Positions 24,342 through 38,194 are shown, counted from the first letter of the stretch. The stretch is 64,000 bases of DNA from Octopus sinensis (GCF_006345805.1 NC_043011.1:62198464-62262463), one strand, 5' to 3'. Numbers and translations are program-made. The notes: a model not told the origin generated them from the sequence alone.

Positions 24342-25695
24342 CATGCATGCATGCATACATACATACATGTATGTGTATTATATATATATATACACGCAGA
24401 CACACACATACACACATAAATGTATGTATGTATAAATCATTTATGTTTGAAGTAGTATTAATACCAAAAGATAATTTTTATATCCATCTTAACATGGCTG
24501 CCTTGTTAAAACGTTAGAATATCCCATATTGCGTCGTTAGCCTTGAGGGATCCTCTCATTTAGGCGATTGTTGCATTAAAGCATACACAGAGAGCGTAAA
24601 AGACGAAATTTGTCCGTCATAAATGCCGGAATTCTCAATCCCGTGATTTCAGTCTTTTGGACTTCCTCAGTGGTAAGCACCGATCACCTCATGCCAGCCA
24701 AATCCTTCGGCTTATTTTTGCATTTTGAGTTCAAGTGCTGTCGCGATGAAATTTGCCGTTCATCTCTCTAGGCGGGTGGAGTAGATGTACTCAGTAAAAT
24801 AAAGTACCCTCAAAATTGCTGGGTTTGTGCTTTTCTCAGAAACCATTTACGATGTTGAAAACAACTGAAAACAATTTGTTTATCTAAGAACATTTGCAGG
24901 CTCACTATATATATATTTTTGTTCATTCGTGTGTGGTTGATATGATTTTCATAAGTTGAAAAAGGCATTTTAATGCCGAAATATTAGCTTAAGCTTAAGT
25001 GACAATTTATTCAAGAAGCCGAGATCAAGTGTCTGTTTTGCATTAAATGAAGAATTTGAACTGAAACTAAAATAAAAATTACAGACTGAAATCAGAATCA
25101 CGGAATCGAATTGTCTGAGGGCGTCCTCTACTGGATACTGACGAAGGTTTCAAATGGCGGCTAATTGATCAATACTAGTTGAACAAAGAGGATTACTTCA
25201 GGTACACACACAGACACACACACTCACACACACGCACACATACTTACACACACGCACACACACATGCATTTGAATTCTTTAATAATTTTATTGAGCAATT
25301 TTTCTGTTGTATGTATATTTGTTTGAATACCTACCTACCTACCTACCTACCTACCTATGTATGTATGTAAGTATGTATGCATATGTCTGTAGCTACGTAT
25401 GTTACAAGAATGTGTTAGCGTTGATAAAAAAACAACAAAAAAAAACAAAAACAAAAAAACGAAGAATAATGCACAGACAATAATTTATCTCGCTGCAGAA
25501 CAAAAAAGTGTCTTCACGAAATTGTGTTCGCAAAAGAAAAGCGTAATCAGAAAAGATGGATTTAATGATTAAAAACCACTTTCATTCACTTCAATTAGTT
25601 TCTTAAAGCTATTTCCCCGAGAGTGCCGACAACTTGTGTTCACTACATTAACTGACTATGGTAAATATACGCACGTATGTATGAGTATATGCTCG

Positions 25696-25728
<33 letters not shown>

Positions 25729-25807
25729 ATGCATACATACATAGGTATGTGCTGAGTGCACGTTATATCTGTACACACACAGACAGACACACATAAATAC
25801 ATACATA

Positions 25808-25849
<42 letters not shown>

Positions 25850-26345
25850 TTCATTTTGTGAAACACAAACAGAATTAGTTTAAAAAGCCATCTGTGTATC
25901 ATACTTAAAACAGATATATTGAAAGCCTAATTAATTGCGGTAGTCGTCTTAAGATAGTAACTTACAGTGTAAAAAAGTACAAAAACGCAAAAACTTTTAG
26001 TCTATAAGAGATGCTACATCAAGACAAATGCTGAAGGTAATTAGTTTAAATAGGCTTCCTTGATGGATCTGCTTTAAGTATGATATACAGATTAATACAC
26101 ACACACACACACACACGCACACACACACACACACGCACACATACACACACACGCACACACACAACGAGTTTCTTCCTGTTTCCGTCTACCAAATCCACTC
26201 ACAAGGTTTTGGTCGGCCCGAGGCTTTAGTAGAAGACACATGACCAAGGTACCCTGCAGTGAGATTGAACTCGGAATCATGTGGTTGGGAACCAAGATTG
26301 TTACCCACACAGCCACGCTGCGCATATATATATATTATATATATA

Positions 26346-26388
26346 TATACACACACACCACACACATATATATATGCATATGTATATG

Positions 26389-26434
<46 letters not shown>

Positions 26435-26555
26435 ACATATATATATACACACACACATATACGTGTACAAATATTTTGATATATATATACAGTGAAGCTT
26501 TACTATAGCGTCGTATATTACCGTCTGTTATTTCCAGTAAATATTGGTGCATATC

Positions 26556-26639
<84 letters not shown>

Positions 26640-27006
26640 CAAAATGGGACAGCGCAAAACATCCAGAGAGACGAAGCAAAGAAAACAAGGACGAGTCATT
26701 CGGAGATTTCTTTCTTCTGAATCGAGTTCCAGATTATCTTTGCAATTTCGGCTGGTTATACTAGAGATTGCTCCAATCTGGCCAGCCCCAAGGAAAAACT
26801 AAGATAAGAGCATTAGATTCCTTGGAATGTATACGAAAACAGGACGGAAAAAAACTCAGAAATGGTACACAAATACAAATAACAGGACATTAACAACGGG
26901 TTTTCTTTCGACTAGGGACGAATTAAATTAAGCTGGAGTGTGATACACACACACACACATACACACACACACACACCACACACATATATATATGCATATG
27001 TATATG

Positions 27007-27052
<46 letters not shown>

Positions 27053-27172
27053 ACATATATATATACACACACACATATACGTGTACAAATATTTTGATAT
27101 ATATATACAGTGAAGCTTTACTATAGCGTCGTATATTACCGTCTGTTATTTCCAGTAAATATTGGTGCATAT

Positions 27173-27240
<68 letters not shown>

Positions 27241-27560
27241 ATATATATATACAAAATGGGACAAGAGCGCAAAACATCCAGAGAGACGAAGCAAAGAAAA
27301 CAAGGACGAGTCATTCGGAGATTTCTTTCTTGAATCGAGTTCCAGATTATCTTTGCAATTTCGGCTGGTTATACTAGAGATTGCTCCAATCTGGCCAGCC
27401 CCAAGGAAAAACTAAGATAAGAGCATTAGATTCCTTGGAAATGTATACGAAAACAAGGACGGAAAAAAACTCAGAAATGGTACACAAATACAAATAACAG
27501 GACATTAACAACGGGTTTTCTTTCGACTAGGGACGAATTAAATTAAGCTGGAGTGTGATA
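26346..27560. repeat. Direct tandem duplication of a ~605-bp unit
   Basis: ~26346-26950 and ~26951-27560 are nearly identical, including their internal microsatellites; the differences are mostly 1-3-nt indels. Confidence 0.9.
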
Positions 27561-27576
27561 CACACACACACACATA

Positions 27577-27612
<36 letters not shown>

Positions 27613-27729
27613 ACACATACATAGATGCATATATACATGCATACACACACATATATATATTTACACACACAGATATACACACACAAACACACGCACGCCC
27701 ACACAAACACTCACACACAAACACACACA

Positions 27730-27756
27730 CATATAGATAGATAGATAGATAGATAG

Positions 27757-27804
<48 letters not shown>

Positions 27805-27829
27805 CAGAAAGATAGATAGATAGATAGAC

Positions 27830-27874
<45 letters not shown>

Positions 27875-28041
27875 TGTTTCTTTATTAGCCACACAGGGCT
27901 GCACACAGATAGAACAAATTACAAGGTAGAGCTTTTCTTTTGAAGGTTTAAAAAAAAAAAAAAAAAAAAGGAAGGGGGAGTTTCGATCAAAAGGGATCGT
28001 AAAAGGAGAGAGATAGATAGATAGATAGATAAACAGATAGC

Positions 28042-28101
<60 letters not shown>

Positions 28102-28158
28102 CAGACAGATGGATGGATAGATAGATAGATAGACAGAAAGATAGATAGATAGATAGAC

Positions 28159-28205
<47 letters not shown>

Positions 28206-28215
28206 CAGATAGATA
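27730..28215. repeat. Two (GATA)n arrays sharing a GACAGAAA interruption pattern
   Basis: 27730-27875 and 28010-28215, both with a twice-repeated gatagacagaaagataga motif. Confidence 0.9.
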
Positions 28216-28269
28216 AAGAAAGACATTTTTACATACTTCATGAAAAGAAAAAAAAGCGTGTAGAAATAT

Positions 28270-28790
28270 TTTAATGCTTAATTTATTCAGCGGTCACAGC
28301 AGTAAATCAAGTTACCTTTGACCTTTACAATCACAAGAGGTGCTCAAAATGGTGGCCGTTACCTTTGAAAAACTTAATAGAACGGTGAAGAGCTGCTTGG
28401 GCAACCTTGTTTAAAGTGTTTAGTAGGATTATTGCGCATGACATTTCAATTTGTTCGTGAAGGGCCGTCGGTGTGGCTGGTTTTCTGCTACCTGTACGAT
28501 ATCGTTTATGTTGCCCCTTAATTTAAAGTCTGCAGGTGTTGAATAGGGAGAACGTGAAGGAACCTCAACTGCAGATCCTTTTATCAATTATACTTGGAAA
28601 TTCTCATTTCAACAAGCTCGCACGCCTCGGCAGCAGTGTGGCGCTGCGCTGCCTTCTTGAAAGAAAATTTCATAAATTCGATAAAGTACAGTCATGGCAG
28701 GTAAAATGAACGACCGTGGCATGTCTCGGTACGCTTGTCCAGTGACAGTTCTTTCTAAGACGTAGCCCCACCCACCGGTCATTTGACTAC
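28270..28790 (-). mobile_element. Highly degraded Tc1/mariner transposase C-terminal remnant
   Basis: IFFQEGSAAPH..R.VR and a downstream PSRSPYSTPADF resemble FQQDGAPPH and WPPRSPDLTP.DF. Confidence 0.5.
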
Positions 28791-29477
28791 TTTGTCCACG
28801 TGGCAAAAAAAAAAAAAACGGCAAAAATTGCTTAACTTGTATTAATCCTGTGATGTCCGAATGGATTTTAAAAATATTTCTACAGGTTTTCCTTTCCTTA
28901 ATGTGTGTTCACGTTTTTGTTTGCGGCTCTGTTTATATTTAACCTTTTACTTGTTTCAGTCATTGGACAGCAGCCATTCCAGGGCAATTAAGTGTTTAGT
29001 TCAACCATTTTGATAAAAAAATGTAACAATCTTTATGCCGAACCGCTTCGTTACGGGGACATCTAGAAGGCGACACTGGTTGTCGAGTACTGGTGGGAGG
29101 AGATACACGGAGATAGAAACACACACACATATCGACACAGGCTTCCTTATAGTTTCCGTCAACCAAATTTACTGACCAGGCATTGGCCGACCCGGGGCTA
29201 CATTAAAGGTACTTACTCAAGGTGTTGTGCTGTAGGATTAAACATAGAACGACCTTCTTAATCAGAGGAACATATGTATGTATATATGTATGTATGCATG
29301 TATGTATGCGTGTATGTGTGTGTGTATGTATGCATGTATGTGTGTGTGTGTGTGTATGTATGCATGTATGTGTGTGTATGTATGTATGTATGTATGTGTA
29401 TGTATGTATGTATGTATGTATGGATAGATGGATGGATGAATGAATTCCCCCGCCTTTCTCACTATTTTTACTTAACA

Positions 29478-29508
<31 letters not shown>

Positions 29509-29627
29509 CACATTTCAATGTGTGTGTGTGTTTGCGTACATGTGTGAAAAATATACATAAATACATACACATACACACAAACACACACACATACATACAT
29601 ACATACATGCATACATACATACATACA

Positions 29628-29663
<36 letters not shown>

Positions 29664-30881
29664 TCTGTGTGTGTAAGTATATATGTATATATATAATACA
29701 CACGCACAGACACACTTTATATAATATACATGTATATACATACAGACATACATATATAAACACACACACGTCCACACATCTGCATCGACCTTCTTCCCCA
29801 CTCCAGATATCGGTCTGTTCGTCTCCACCCAGTAACCAAGATGGTGATAGGTGTATATAAGACTAATGAGAAACGAAAATTTACCCGTTACGTCATTCAG
29901 CTAAATTCACAATGGCCAGCAGTTGAAGATGGATTGTTGCTATGGAGATATGCAAGCCAGCAGGTTGTTGTTTTCTGGAAGCTGGCGGTTTATGTATTTC
30001 AACAAATGTATTGACAGTTAATAGGGAACACCCGGTGAAGTAGGGTCTTCTGTTGAACGAGTTTTCATTCCAATTTGAAAAAAAAAAAATTTATAAAAAT
30101 TCGTTTGATTTGTCCTCATGTGTCTGCTGTTATTGTTGTTGTTGTTGTTGTTGTTGCCGAAGCTGCTATTCGGAAATGGAAAGATATTCCGATTGACTAA
30201 TCTAATTTTTTTTTACCTTGGTTGGATATTTATTTAAATGTATAGTTAGCTTTTTAATAAACAATATATTAAATATGTTTACACTAGTTTAACTACCCAC
30301 CCACCCATCAATCCATCCATGCATCCATCTGTCCGTCCGTCCGTCCGTTTTGATGTGTATTTCTGCTTTCTTGCGCTTCGTCAGTAGAATGGGCTTCGAT
30401 AGAATTTCTTCTGGCACGGTCGCGTAGTTTCTAAGACTAGCAGATAATTGTTGTTTGTTGTCGTTGTTGTGATTGTCGTTGTTGTGATTGTTGTTGTTGT
30501 GATTGCTGTCGTTGAGTTGCACTTATTGTACAAGGAGAATGACCAAAGATCTTAGGTCGCTGACCATACAGTCGTCTATTCAAACACGGCGCATCAAGTA
30601 ATAGCTCATTACTCATTGTGTATTACCTGTCACTTTAAGATTGGGGAACTGACCGGTATTTCTTGCAGATCAAATGTGTGGTTCAGCTGTAGATGGCGCC
30701 ACAAATTCTAAAAGCTTTGTGCTTCATATGAAAATCTCAAATGTAATTCTAACCAAAGTTGGAGATAACAAAAGAGGAATTCTGTCGAGAATAATTTATG
30801 GCATAAATTTGCATATTTTTACGTATCCCAATTAAACCATCACCACCACCACCAGCAGCAGCATTGTGCTAAATTAGACAG

Positions 30882-30923
<42 letters not shown>

Positions 30924-30926
30924 GAA

Positions 30927-30958
<32 letters not shown>

Positions 30959-30959
30959 A

Positions 30960-30993
<34 letters not shown>

Positions 30994-31015
30994 GCCAACA
31001 TCATCATCGTCATCG

Positions 31016-31058
<43 letters not shown>

Positions 31059-31078
31059 TATTATTATTATTATTATTA

Positions 31079-31134
<56 letters not shown>

Positions 31135-33014
31135 GTTATTACAATCGGTTGCAAGGCTGACCTCAACGGGATTTGAACTTGCAGCACGGAGAAACTAGAA
31201 TAAATACCGCAAGGTTTGTTTTTCCGCCATGTACCAGACGTGATGGTTACGGCGGGAAGGCCTTTCATTATAGCCCTGTACAACAAATGAAGGTAAAAAA
31301 AAAATAAACAAACGGCCTTCATTCGTATCTCAGCCTGTTTTGGGTACCTGTGTTGGTGCTAGAAGATTTAGACATTCTTTCGGTCCTTCTACACGTCTCC
31401 CGACGGAACATCGTCGATGTAACAACTGGAGGAGGTTAGAACGAGGGGGCTGCTGTAAAGGTTTGCAGATATACAGCATGTACATGGAACAGCATGTAAT
31501 GAAATATCTTGCTCAAGGACGGAATGCGTTGCCCAGACCAGGAAGCGAACTCAAAATTTCATGATCTTAAATCCAATACCCAAACCATTAGACCACTCGC
31601 ATTCATAAAAACAACAGCAGTGAAAGCACATACTGGGTAATATAACCCTTCAGCCCACGACCACAAAAAATGGGGTTGGGCACAGCTAGAAGGGCACAGC
31701 TAAAAGGACACAGGGTCGCGTCCAGAATGTCTAGAATTATTATTATTATTATTATTATTGAGTGAGAGAGCAGTGCATGCCATCGAAGTGACACCGGGGT
31801 AAAATATACGAAGCCCAGTAAACCCATCATGACTACCCGTTTGATAAGGGTACACCAGGCACATGCATTACGATTATTATTGTTGTTGTTGTTATTGTTG
31901 TTGTTGTTGTTATCGGTTGCAAAGCTAATCTTGGCGAGATATGAACTTACAGAATAAGTACCTCCAGGACACAGGGTCATGTCTGGAATGTCTTTGGTTA
32001 TAGGTTTGATCAATCGGGGCTGAATTGGGTTTAAACAACGTAAGGTCTGACAGCAATGTCGGCTCGACTGAGTTCGATTCTTGGGCTGGGCGGCGCAAGA
32101 TATTTCAGCACATGTGCTTCCAGTCTACTGAACTGATAAAGTGCATCTGCGTAGCGCTGCTGCCGCTCCCTCGTTCTCTCTCCCTCCAATTACATTTGAT
32201 CCGACAGAACACCAAGGGTGTAGCAACTGGAGGGAGAAACAGGGATCATAAGGGAATCCAACGAAGGAAGAACATATTGGATGAAGTGAGACGCATTTCT
32301 AAAAAGACAAAAGACGTGATGGTCACGGCTAAAATATCTTTGGTCATTGGTCTGGTTATTCAGGGCTGACCTGGGGTTAAACAACGTAAACAACGTTTAT
32401 CATAAAAAATTTTTTTTACTATCGGCACAAGGCCTGGAATTTTGTGGGGTGGGGGTTTGTCAATTGGTACTTAATTTCATCGACACCAGAAGTATGAAAA
32501 GCAAGGTCGACCTCTACGGAACTCGAACTCAGAACAGAAAGCTGGAAGAAAGTATTTTATCACGTGTGTGTTAGCCATCTTGACAGCTCATCGCCACCCC
32601 CCCACTTATTTTTTTTAAACGTTTCTGCCAATCCACCATCCTAGAAGGACATCAACAACAACAATAGCAACATCATCATCACCATCAACATCATCATCGT
32701 CATCACCTTCATCATCATCATCATCCTTACCACCACCACCATCATCATCATTATCATCATGATCATAATCACTATAATTATCCCCCTCCTCATCATCATT
32801 ATCGCCGTCGTCATCATCATCATCATCATCATCGTCATCGTCGTCATCATCATCATCGTCATCATCATCATCATCATCGTCATCGTCATCGTCATCTTCA
32901 TCATCATCATCATCATCATCGTCATCGTCGTCATCATCATCATCATCATCATTGTCATCGTCATCATCATCATCATCATCATCATCGTCGTCGTCATCAT
33001 CGTCGTCTTCGCCG

Positions 33015-33050
<36 letters not shown>

Positions 33051-33559
33051 TCATCATCAAAATCCCCATCATCATCATCATCATCATCGTCGTCGTCGTC
33101 ATCATCATCGTCATCGTCATCATCATCATCATTGTCGTTGTCATCATCATCATCATCATAATCATCATTATCATCATCGTCATCATCATCGTCTTCATCA
33201 TCATCACGAACAACTATAACAACAATAACAACAGCAACAGCAACAACATTATAACGAGTGTCTGAATCATCGTCAGATGACACGAACACGTGGCCATTAC
33301 TGACGGACATTAGAGACGACAAATCCAACATGGCCGAAACTTGAGTGTCAGCCATGTTTTTGTCCTTGTTAAGAATCTCATCTAAACCTCTCTTACCATA
33401 ATCTCGGGTAATCTTTGTTAATGAACATCCACATTGCAATTTATAATTAAGTAATGAGTTGCTTGTAAATTCTAAAAACGGTTTTCTGAAAATGCAACTA
33501 AAGAACGTTTAAAGATTTCATGCAAGCTAATTGTTGTTGCTGCAGCTGTTGTCGCGGTT

Positions 33560-33936
33560 GTTGTTATTGTTGAGCGAAGCGGTCTTCGTCCCAGAGCTGG
33601 CAGTGGGAGAAGTCCGAATCGTGGTCCTTCGCTATTCGTAAGACCCGCAGAAGAGAAAGCAGGTCAACCCCCGACACCGAGAGCATCGACGGATGGATGA
33701 ATGCGCATCCAGGCTCAGCGGTTGCGTAGGAAGTCGGGGACAAGAAACAGGAAGAAAGAGTGAGAGAAAGTTGGAGCGAAAGAGTACAACAGGGGTCGCC
33801 ACCACCTCCTGCCGGAGCCTCGTGGAGCTTTAGGTGTTTTCGCTCAATAAACACACACAACGCCCGGTCTGGGAATCGAAACCGCGATCCTCCAACCGCG
33901 AGGCCGCTGCCCTAACCACTGGGCCATTGCACCTCC
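33560..33936 (-). mobile_element. SINE family C, copy 2
   Basis: Reverse complement of 15606-15985 with few substitutions. Confidence 0.85.
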
Positions 33937-34864
33937 ACTGTTGCTGCTGTTGTACTGTAACAGTAGTAGTAGTAGTAGTGGTAGTAGTAGTAGTGGCAGT
34001 AGTAGTAGTGGTACTACTAGCAGTAATAATAGTGGTACTAGTAATGGTAGCAGCGGTAGTTGTAGCAGCAGTAGTTGAAGTAGTAGTAGTAGTGGTGGTG
34101 GTGGTAGAAATAATGGTAGTAGTAGTAGTGGTAGTAGCTGTTGTAATAGCAGTTGCAGCAGCAGTAATAATAGTAGTAGCAGTAATGGTGGTAGTAGTAG
34201 TAGCAGCAACAGTAATAGTAGTATTAGTATTAGTAGTGGTAGAAGAGAAATAGCAGTTGTGGTAGTAGTATAGTAGCGATAACAGTAGGAGCACCAGCAG
34301 TAGTGGCAGTAGTAGTAGTAGAAGTAGTAGTAGTGGTGGTGGTGGTGGTGATGGTGATGGTAGTGGTGGTTGTAATAGTAGTAGTAGTAGCAGTAGTAGT
34401 AGTAGTTGTAGTTGTAGTAGTAGTCTCTTCTCTGTTAATCCTGATTCATTGAGTAGACACTGTGATTAAAAACATTTCCAACCGTGACCACTCCGAAGGT
34501 TCATATATCTAGGGTGGGAGGTTAGATTTTAGGGCGTGGTTGGAGGAAGGAGATTTGGTTGCTATTTCTAGCTGTTCGAATGACCACTTAGATTCGTTCC
34601 AATAAAAGAGCCCGTCTCGAGTGCCCGAGTCAACGCAAGCGCATTTTTCGCGATCACTCTACATGCTAGAAGTAGCAGCTGCATATCCAAATATCCTTCG
34701 TTCCATATTCTAAGGAAGACCAAAGCCACATTAGAGAATATGGTCCTGATTTCCCTGCATATATGAGGACAGGAGACGGGATGCTCACGGCTGGAACACA
34801 GTGATCGTGCAGGTCCTACAGAATTGCTCGATCTGTGTTGGCCTGCAGTTAAACAACAACAACA

Positions 34865-34899
<35 letters not shown>

Positions 34900-35838
34900 C
34901 ACCACCACCACCTTTGGTCACTGTCCTTCCATTATTGTCAAGTGAAAATCGCAGCCTTGTTTGCTCTTTTGCTTTATTTTTCCTGTTTTTCAATGATTGC
35001 CTGGAAATTTTATCTGCTTTTCCAATATATTATTAACGCCACATTTTAGTTATTTTAAATACTTTCTCGAAAATTCTAAGCCACTTTTAATGAGAGCTTC
35101 TTCACTTTTCTTTTTGTTCTGTTTTGGTTTTTTGATTATTGTTTACCTTTTATGTTCCACGTTGTTTTCAGTAATTACTCGAGTCGTCCAACAGTTGAAG
35201 ATAGCAACACAATGGCTGACAGGAAAATCCTCCCCAGAGGAGCCGCCTGCATACTAAATACAAATTACGGCACTTATGGTCTCCCATATGTAATCAATTC
35301 AGTTAGAAAACGTCGATTAACTGAAATTACTCATGTAATTAGCAGACAAACGAAAAAAAAAAGAAAGAAGGTAAAAAAGAACAAAATAAGCTAAGATCTC
35401 TCTGGGATTGTTTAAGTAGCGCAAACGACAAACAAGGGAGATAAATGCTGTTAGATCAAATGATTGAACATTTGGTGGATTCGAACTTTTGAGACAGTTG
35501 GGGAAGGTAAAAATGTGTTTCAACCGTATTAAACCTCCTCAGCCAGGTATATTCTCCTCCAACGGCAAAACTAAGTGGTATGTAAAGACACTCTCCGGTC
35601 ATGAATGACCACGGGATTGTACCAAGAATGTTCCCCTCTACAGTGCAAGCCCAGGAAAAGTTGTTCTATGGAAGACCAGAAGCCGCCCACGTAAACCAGT
35701 TTCCTCTCTCTACGCCACCGATGTTATCCAAGGGAAAAGTAAAGGGGCCGATGCAGCTTGGCACCAGTGACTTCACAACTCATTTCTACAGCTGAGGCAT
35801 GTTCTTTATCGCCTCGTTTTTATATGTTAATCTTGGAT

Positions 35839-35919
35839 TTTCCTGCTGATGAGAGCTTCGCCAATTGTAAATTATTTTATTTACAAAAGATTGCTTGAAA
35901 CTATGCATAGTCCAGGAAA
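35839..35919 (+). ncRNA. Near-canonical type I hammerhead ribozyme
   Basis: Stem I uuuccug/caggaaa (7 bp); CUGAUGA 35846-35852; stem II gagc/gcuu with an apical uguaaau/auuuaca hairpin; GAAA 35897-35900; palindromic helix III ACUAUGCAUAGU; GUC cleavage triplet at 35910-35912. Confidence 0.8.
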
Positions 35920-36100
35920 TATAGGGTAAATGTTTTTATTTTTCATTCCCTTTCGAAATTACCCTTAATTGTGGTTTGTAGTTTAACTACTCTAAGATTT
36001 ATTAATGATACACACACACACATACACACACATATATATATATACACGACTGCTTGAAACTCTAGAGTACCAACGAATTCGAATCGAACTGTTTTGATCG

Positions 36101-36148
<48 letters not shown>

Positions 36149-36262
36149 ATATTTCGTAATGGTCATTTTGCCAGTTTAGCCAATAAAAACACACGCACTA
36201 TATATTTAGTGTTATTTTGCTTCAGCGTTATTTATTTTTTACATTAACCTTAATCTTATTTC

Positions 36263-36307
36263 GGCCAGAATTCTTTCGTCACACTCCTGTGACTGCATCA
36301 GTGGTCC
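36263..36307 (-). ncRNA. Variant hammerhead-like motif in the left PLE arm
   Basis: ggacca-CUGAUGC-a-GUCAC-aggagu-GUGAC-GAAA-gaau-UC-uggcc; perfect stem II, but core position 9 is C instead of A. Confidence 0.45.
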
Positions 36308-36618
36308 TTTGTTTTCTTCTTTCTTATTTATGTCTCTCCTTACTAACCGTCGGTCATTTTGTATTTCTATTGTATGTCTTCATTTGCGCATGCTTATATC
36401 TCTATGTGCGTCTATGTTTATTTAGTGTGTATGTGTGGGGGGGATGCCTGTAATATTTGTATCTTCTGTTTATATATGTTCATGAAATTTGTATTTTGTA
36501 TTTTGTTTTTTGTTTTTTGTTTTTGTTTATTCACAACAATACAGGTAATAATAATAATAAATAAATAAAAAACAACTTATATAGTTATCTCTTTCTATTT
36601 TTTTGGGATCCTCTACCG

Positions 36619-36900
36619 TCATATGTTGTGGTGTGTGCTAGTGTTCCATTCTAGTTTCCTATTCAGGCTAGGTTTATTTTCTATTATGTGTGTAGCTTCT
36701 GTAATTTGTCTGATTGTTGCATCTGTTCTATGTGTGGACAATATTTTAATTTCTATGTTGTTGATTGATCCCCCGTGTTTCTGTTCGGCGTGTTGGTACA
36801 GAATCGATGAGCTTTTACCTTCCTTGGGTTCTCTCCAATGTTCATTTACCCGCTCTCCTTTGCTTCTTGCCGTTTCCCCTACGTATGTCGTTGTCTTGTA
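36619..36900 (-). pseudogene. GIY-YIG endonuclease C-terminal fragment of a Penelope-like element
   Basis: TTTYVGETARSKGERVNEH...RQITEATHIIENKPSLN matches the PLE GIY-YIG pattern YxGET.R....R..EH and R...EA..I....P.LN. The first part of track ORF 36619-37092 is only the antisense of the inverted arm. Confidence 0.85.
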
Positions 36901-37421
36901 ACGAGACATAGAAATTAAAATATTGTCCACACATAGAACAGATGCAACAATCAGACAAATTACAGAAGCTACACACATAATAGAAAATAAACCTAGCCTG
37001 AATAGGAAACTAGAATGGAACACTAGCACACACCACAACATATGACGGTAGAGGATCCCGAAAACATAATAAATACACAGATAAATAAACAAATAGAAAT
37101 AAATAACTATATAAGTTTTCTTTTATTTATTTATTTTTTTAATTTATTATTATTATTACTAGTATTGTTGTTATACATACATACAAGCATATGTAATGAT
37201 AATAATAAGTGGATGTAAACACATGAACAAAATAAGAATAAACAAAGACAACAGCAAAATACAAATTACATGAACGTATATAAACAGAAGATACAAATAT
37301 TACAGGCATCCTCCACATACACACACTAAATAAACATAAACGCACATAGAGATATACATGCGCAAATGAAGACATACAATAGAAATACAAAATGGCTGAC
37401 GGTTAGTAAGGAGAAAACAAA

Positions 37422-37466
37422 GGACCACTGATGCGGTCACAGGAGTGTGACGAAAGAACTCTGGCC
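37422..37466 (+). ncRNA. Variant hammerhead-like motif in the right PLE arm
   Basis: ggacca-CUGAUGC-g-GUCAC-aggagu-GUGAC-GAAA-gaac-UC-uggcc; same A9C variant as the left arm. Confidence 0.45.
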
Positions 37467-37626
37467 GAAATAAGATTAAGATTAATGTAAAAAATAAATA
37501 ACACTGAAGCAAAATAACACCAAATATATAGTGCGTGTGTTTTTATTGACTAAACTGGCAAAATGACCATTCCGAAATATATATATATATCTGTTTCAAC
37601 ACACGACTTCACATAAAAAATCTTGC

Positions 37627-37694
<68 letters not shown>

Positions 37695-38106
37695 TATATA
37701 CATATATACATATACATATATATATACATATACATACACATACCATAGGGATGAAGCGACGCTGATTCTGAACACTTATTACAAATGCTGTAGGGTCTTC
37801 CATACGTAATAGAGTGAATTGAAAAATTTCAAATCAACATATATCATCCAAGTTCTTATATTATCAACTTGTTATCCAATTATAAGAGGCTTATTTAGCT
37901 TCTTACCACAAGTAAGCAAACAAAAAGCAGAAATGCAACAAGCGAGCTTGATAAATCTTATGAGATTAGATTATCGTAATTTAGAAGTAAATCATTAAAT
38001 GCCTACACCAGTGTTGTTGTTGTTGTCACCGTTTAACCCTTGGTTAATTTTGACCAAACGGTTTCCAGTCGTGATCATCAAGTCTTTACATATATACACA
38101 CAGACA

Positions 38107-38194
<88 letters not shown>

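Larger units (their letters stand above)
36148..37582. mobile_element. Penelope-like element remnant forming a ~1.4-kb inverted repeat
   Basis: Arms ~36148-36758 and ~36906-37582 are reverse complements around a ~147-bp unique centre; contains a GIY-YIG coding fragment and a hammerhead-like motif in each arm; (TA)n at both outer ends. Confidence 0.85.

Noticed and set aside
26720-26800. Minus-strand GGCUGG/CCAGCC stem followed by GAAA, in both tandem units
   Set aside because: No CUGANGA core and no valid NUH site, so it is not called a hammerhead.
35184-35400. Acceptor-like ttgttttcag followed by a short open frame
   Set aside because: No recognisable homology, no convincing donor and no partner exons.
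36901-37092. Apparent hydrophobic N-terminus (MLWCVLVFHSSF...) on the GIY-YIG ORF
   Set aside because: It is the antisense reading of the inverted duplicate of the same coding segment.
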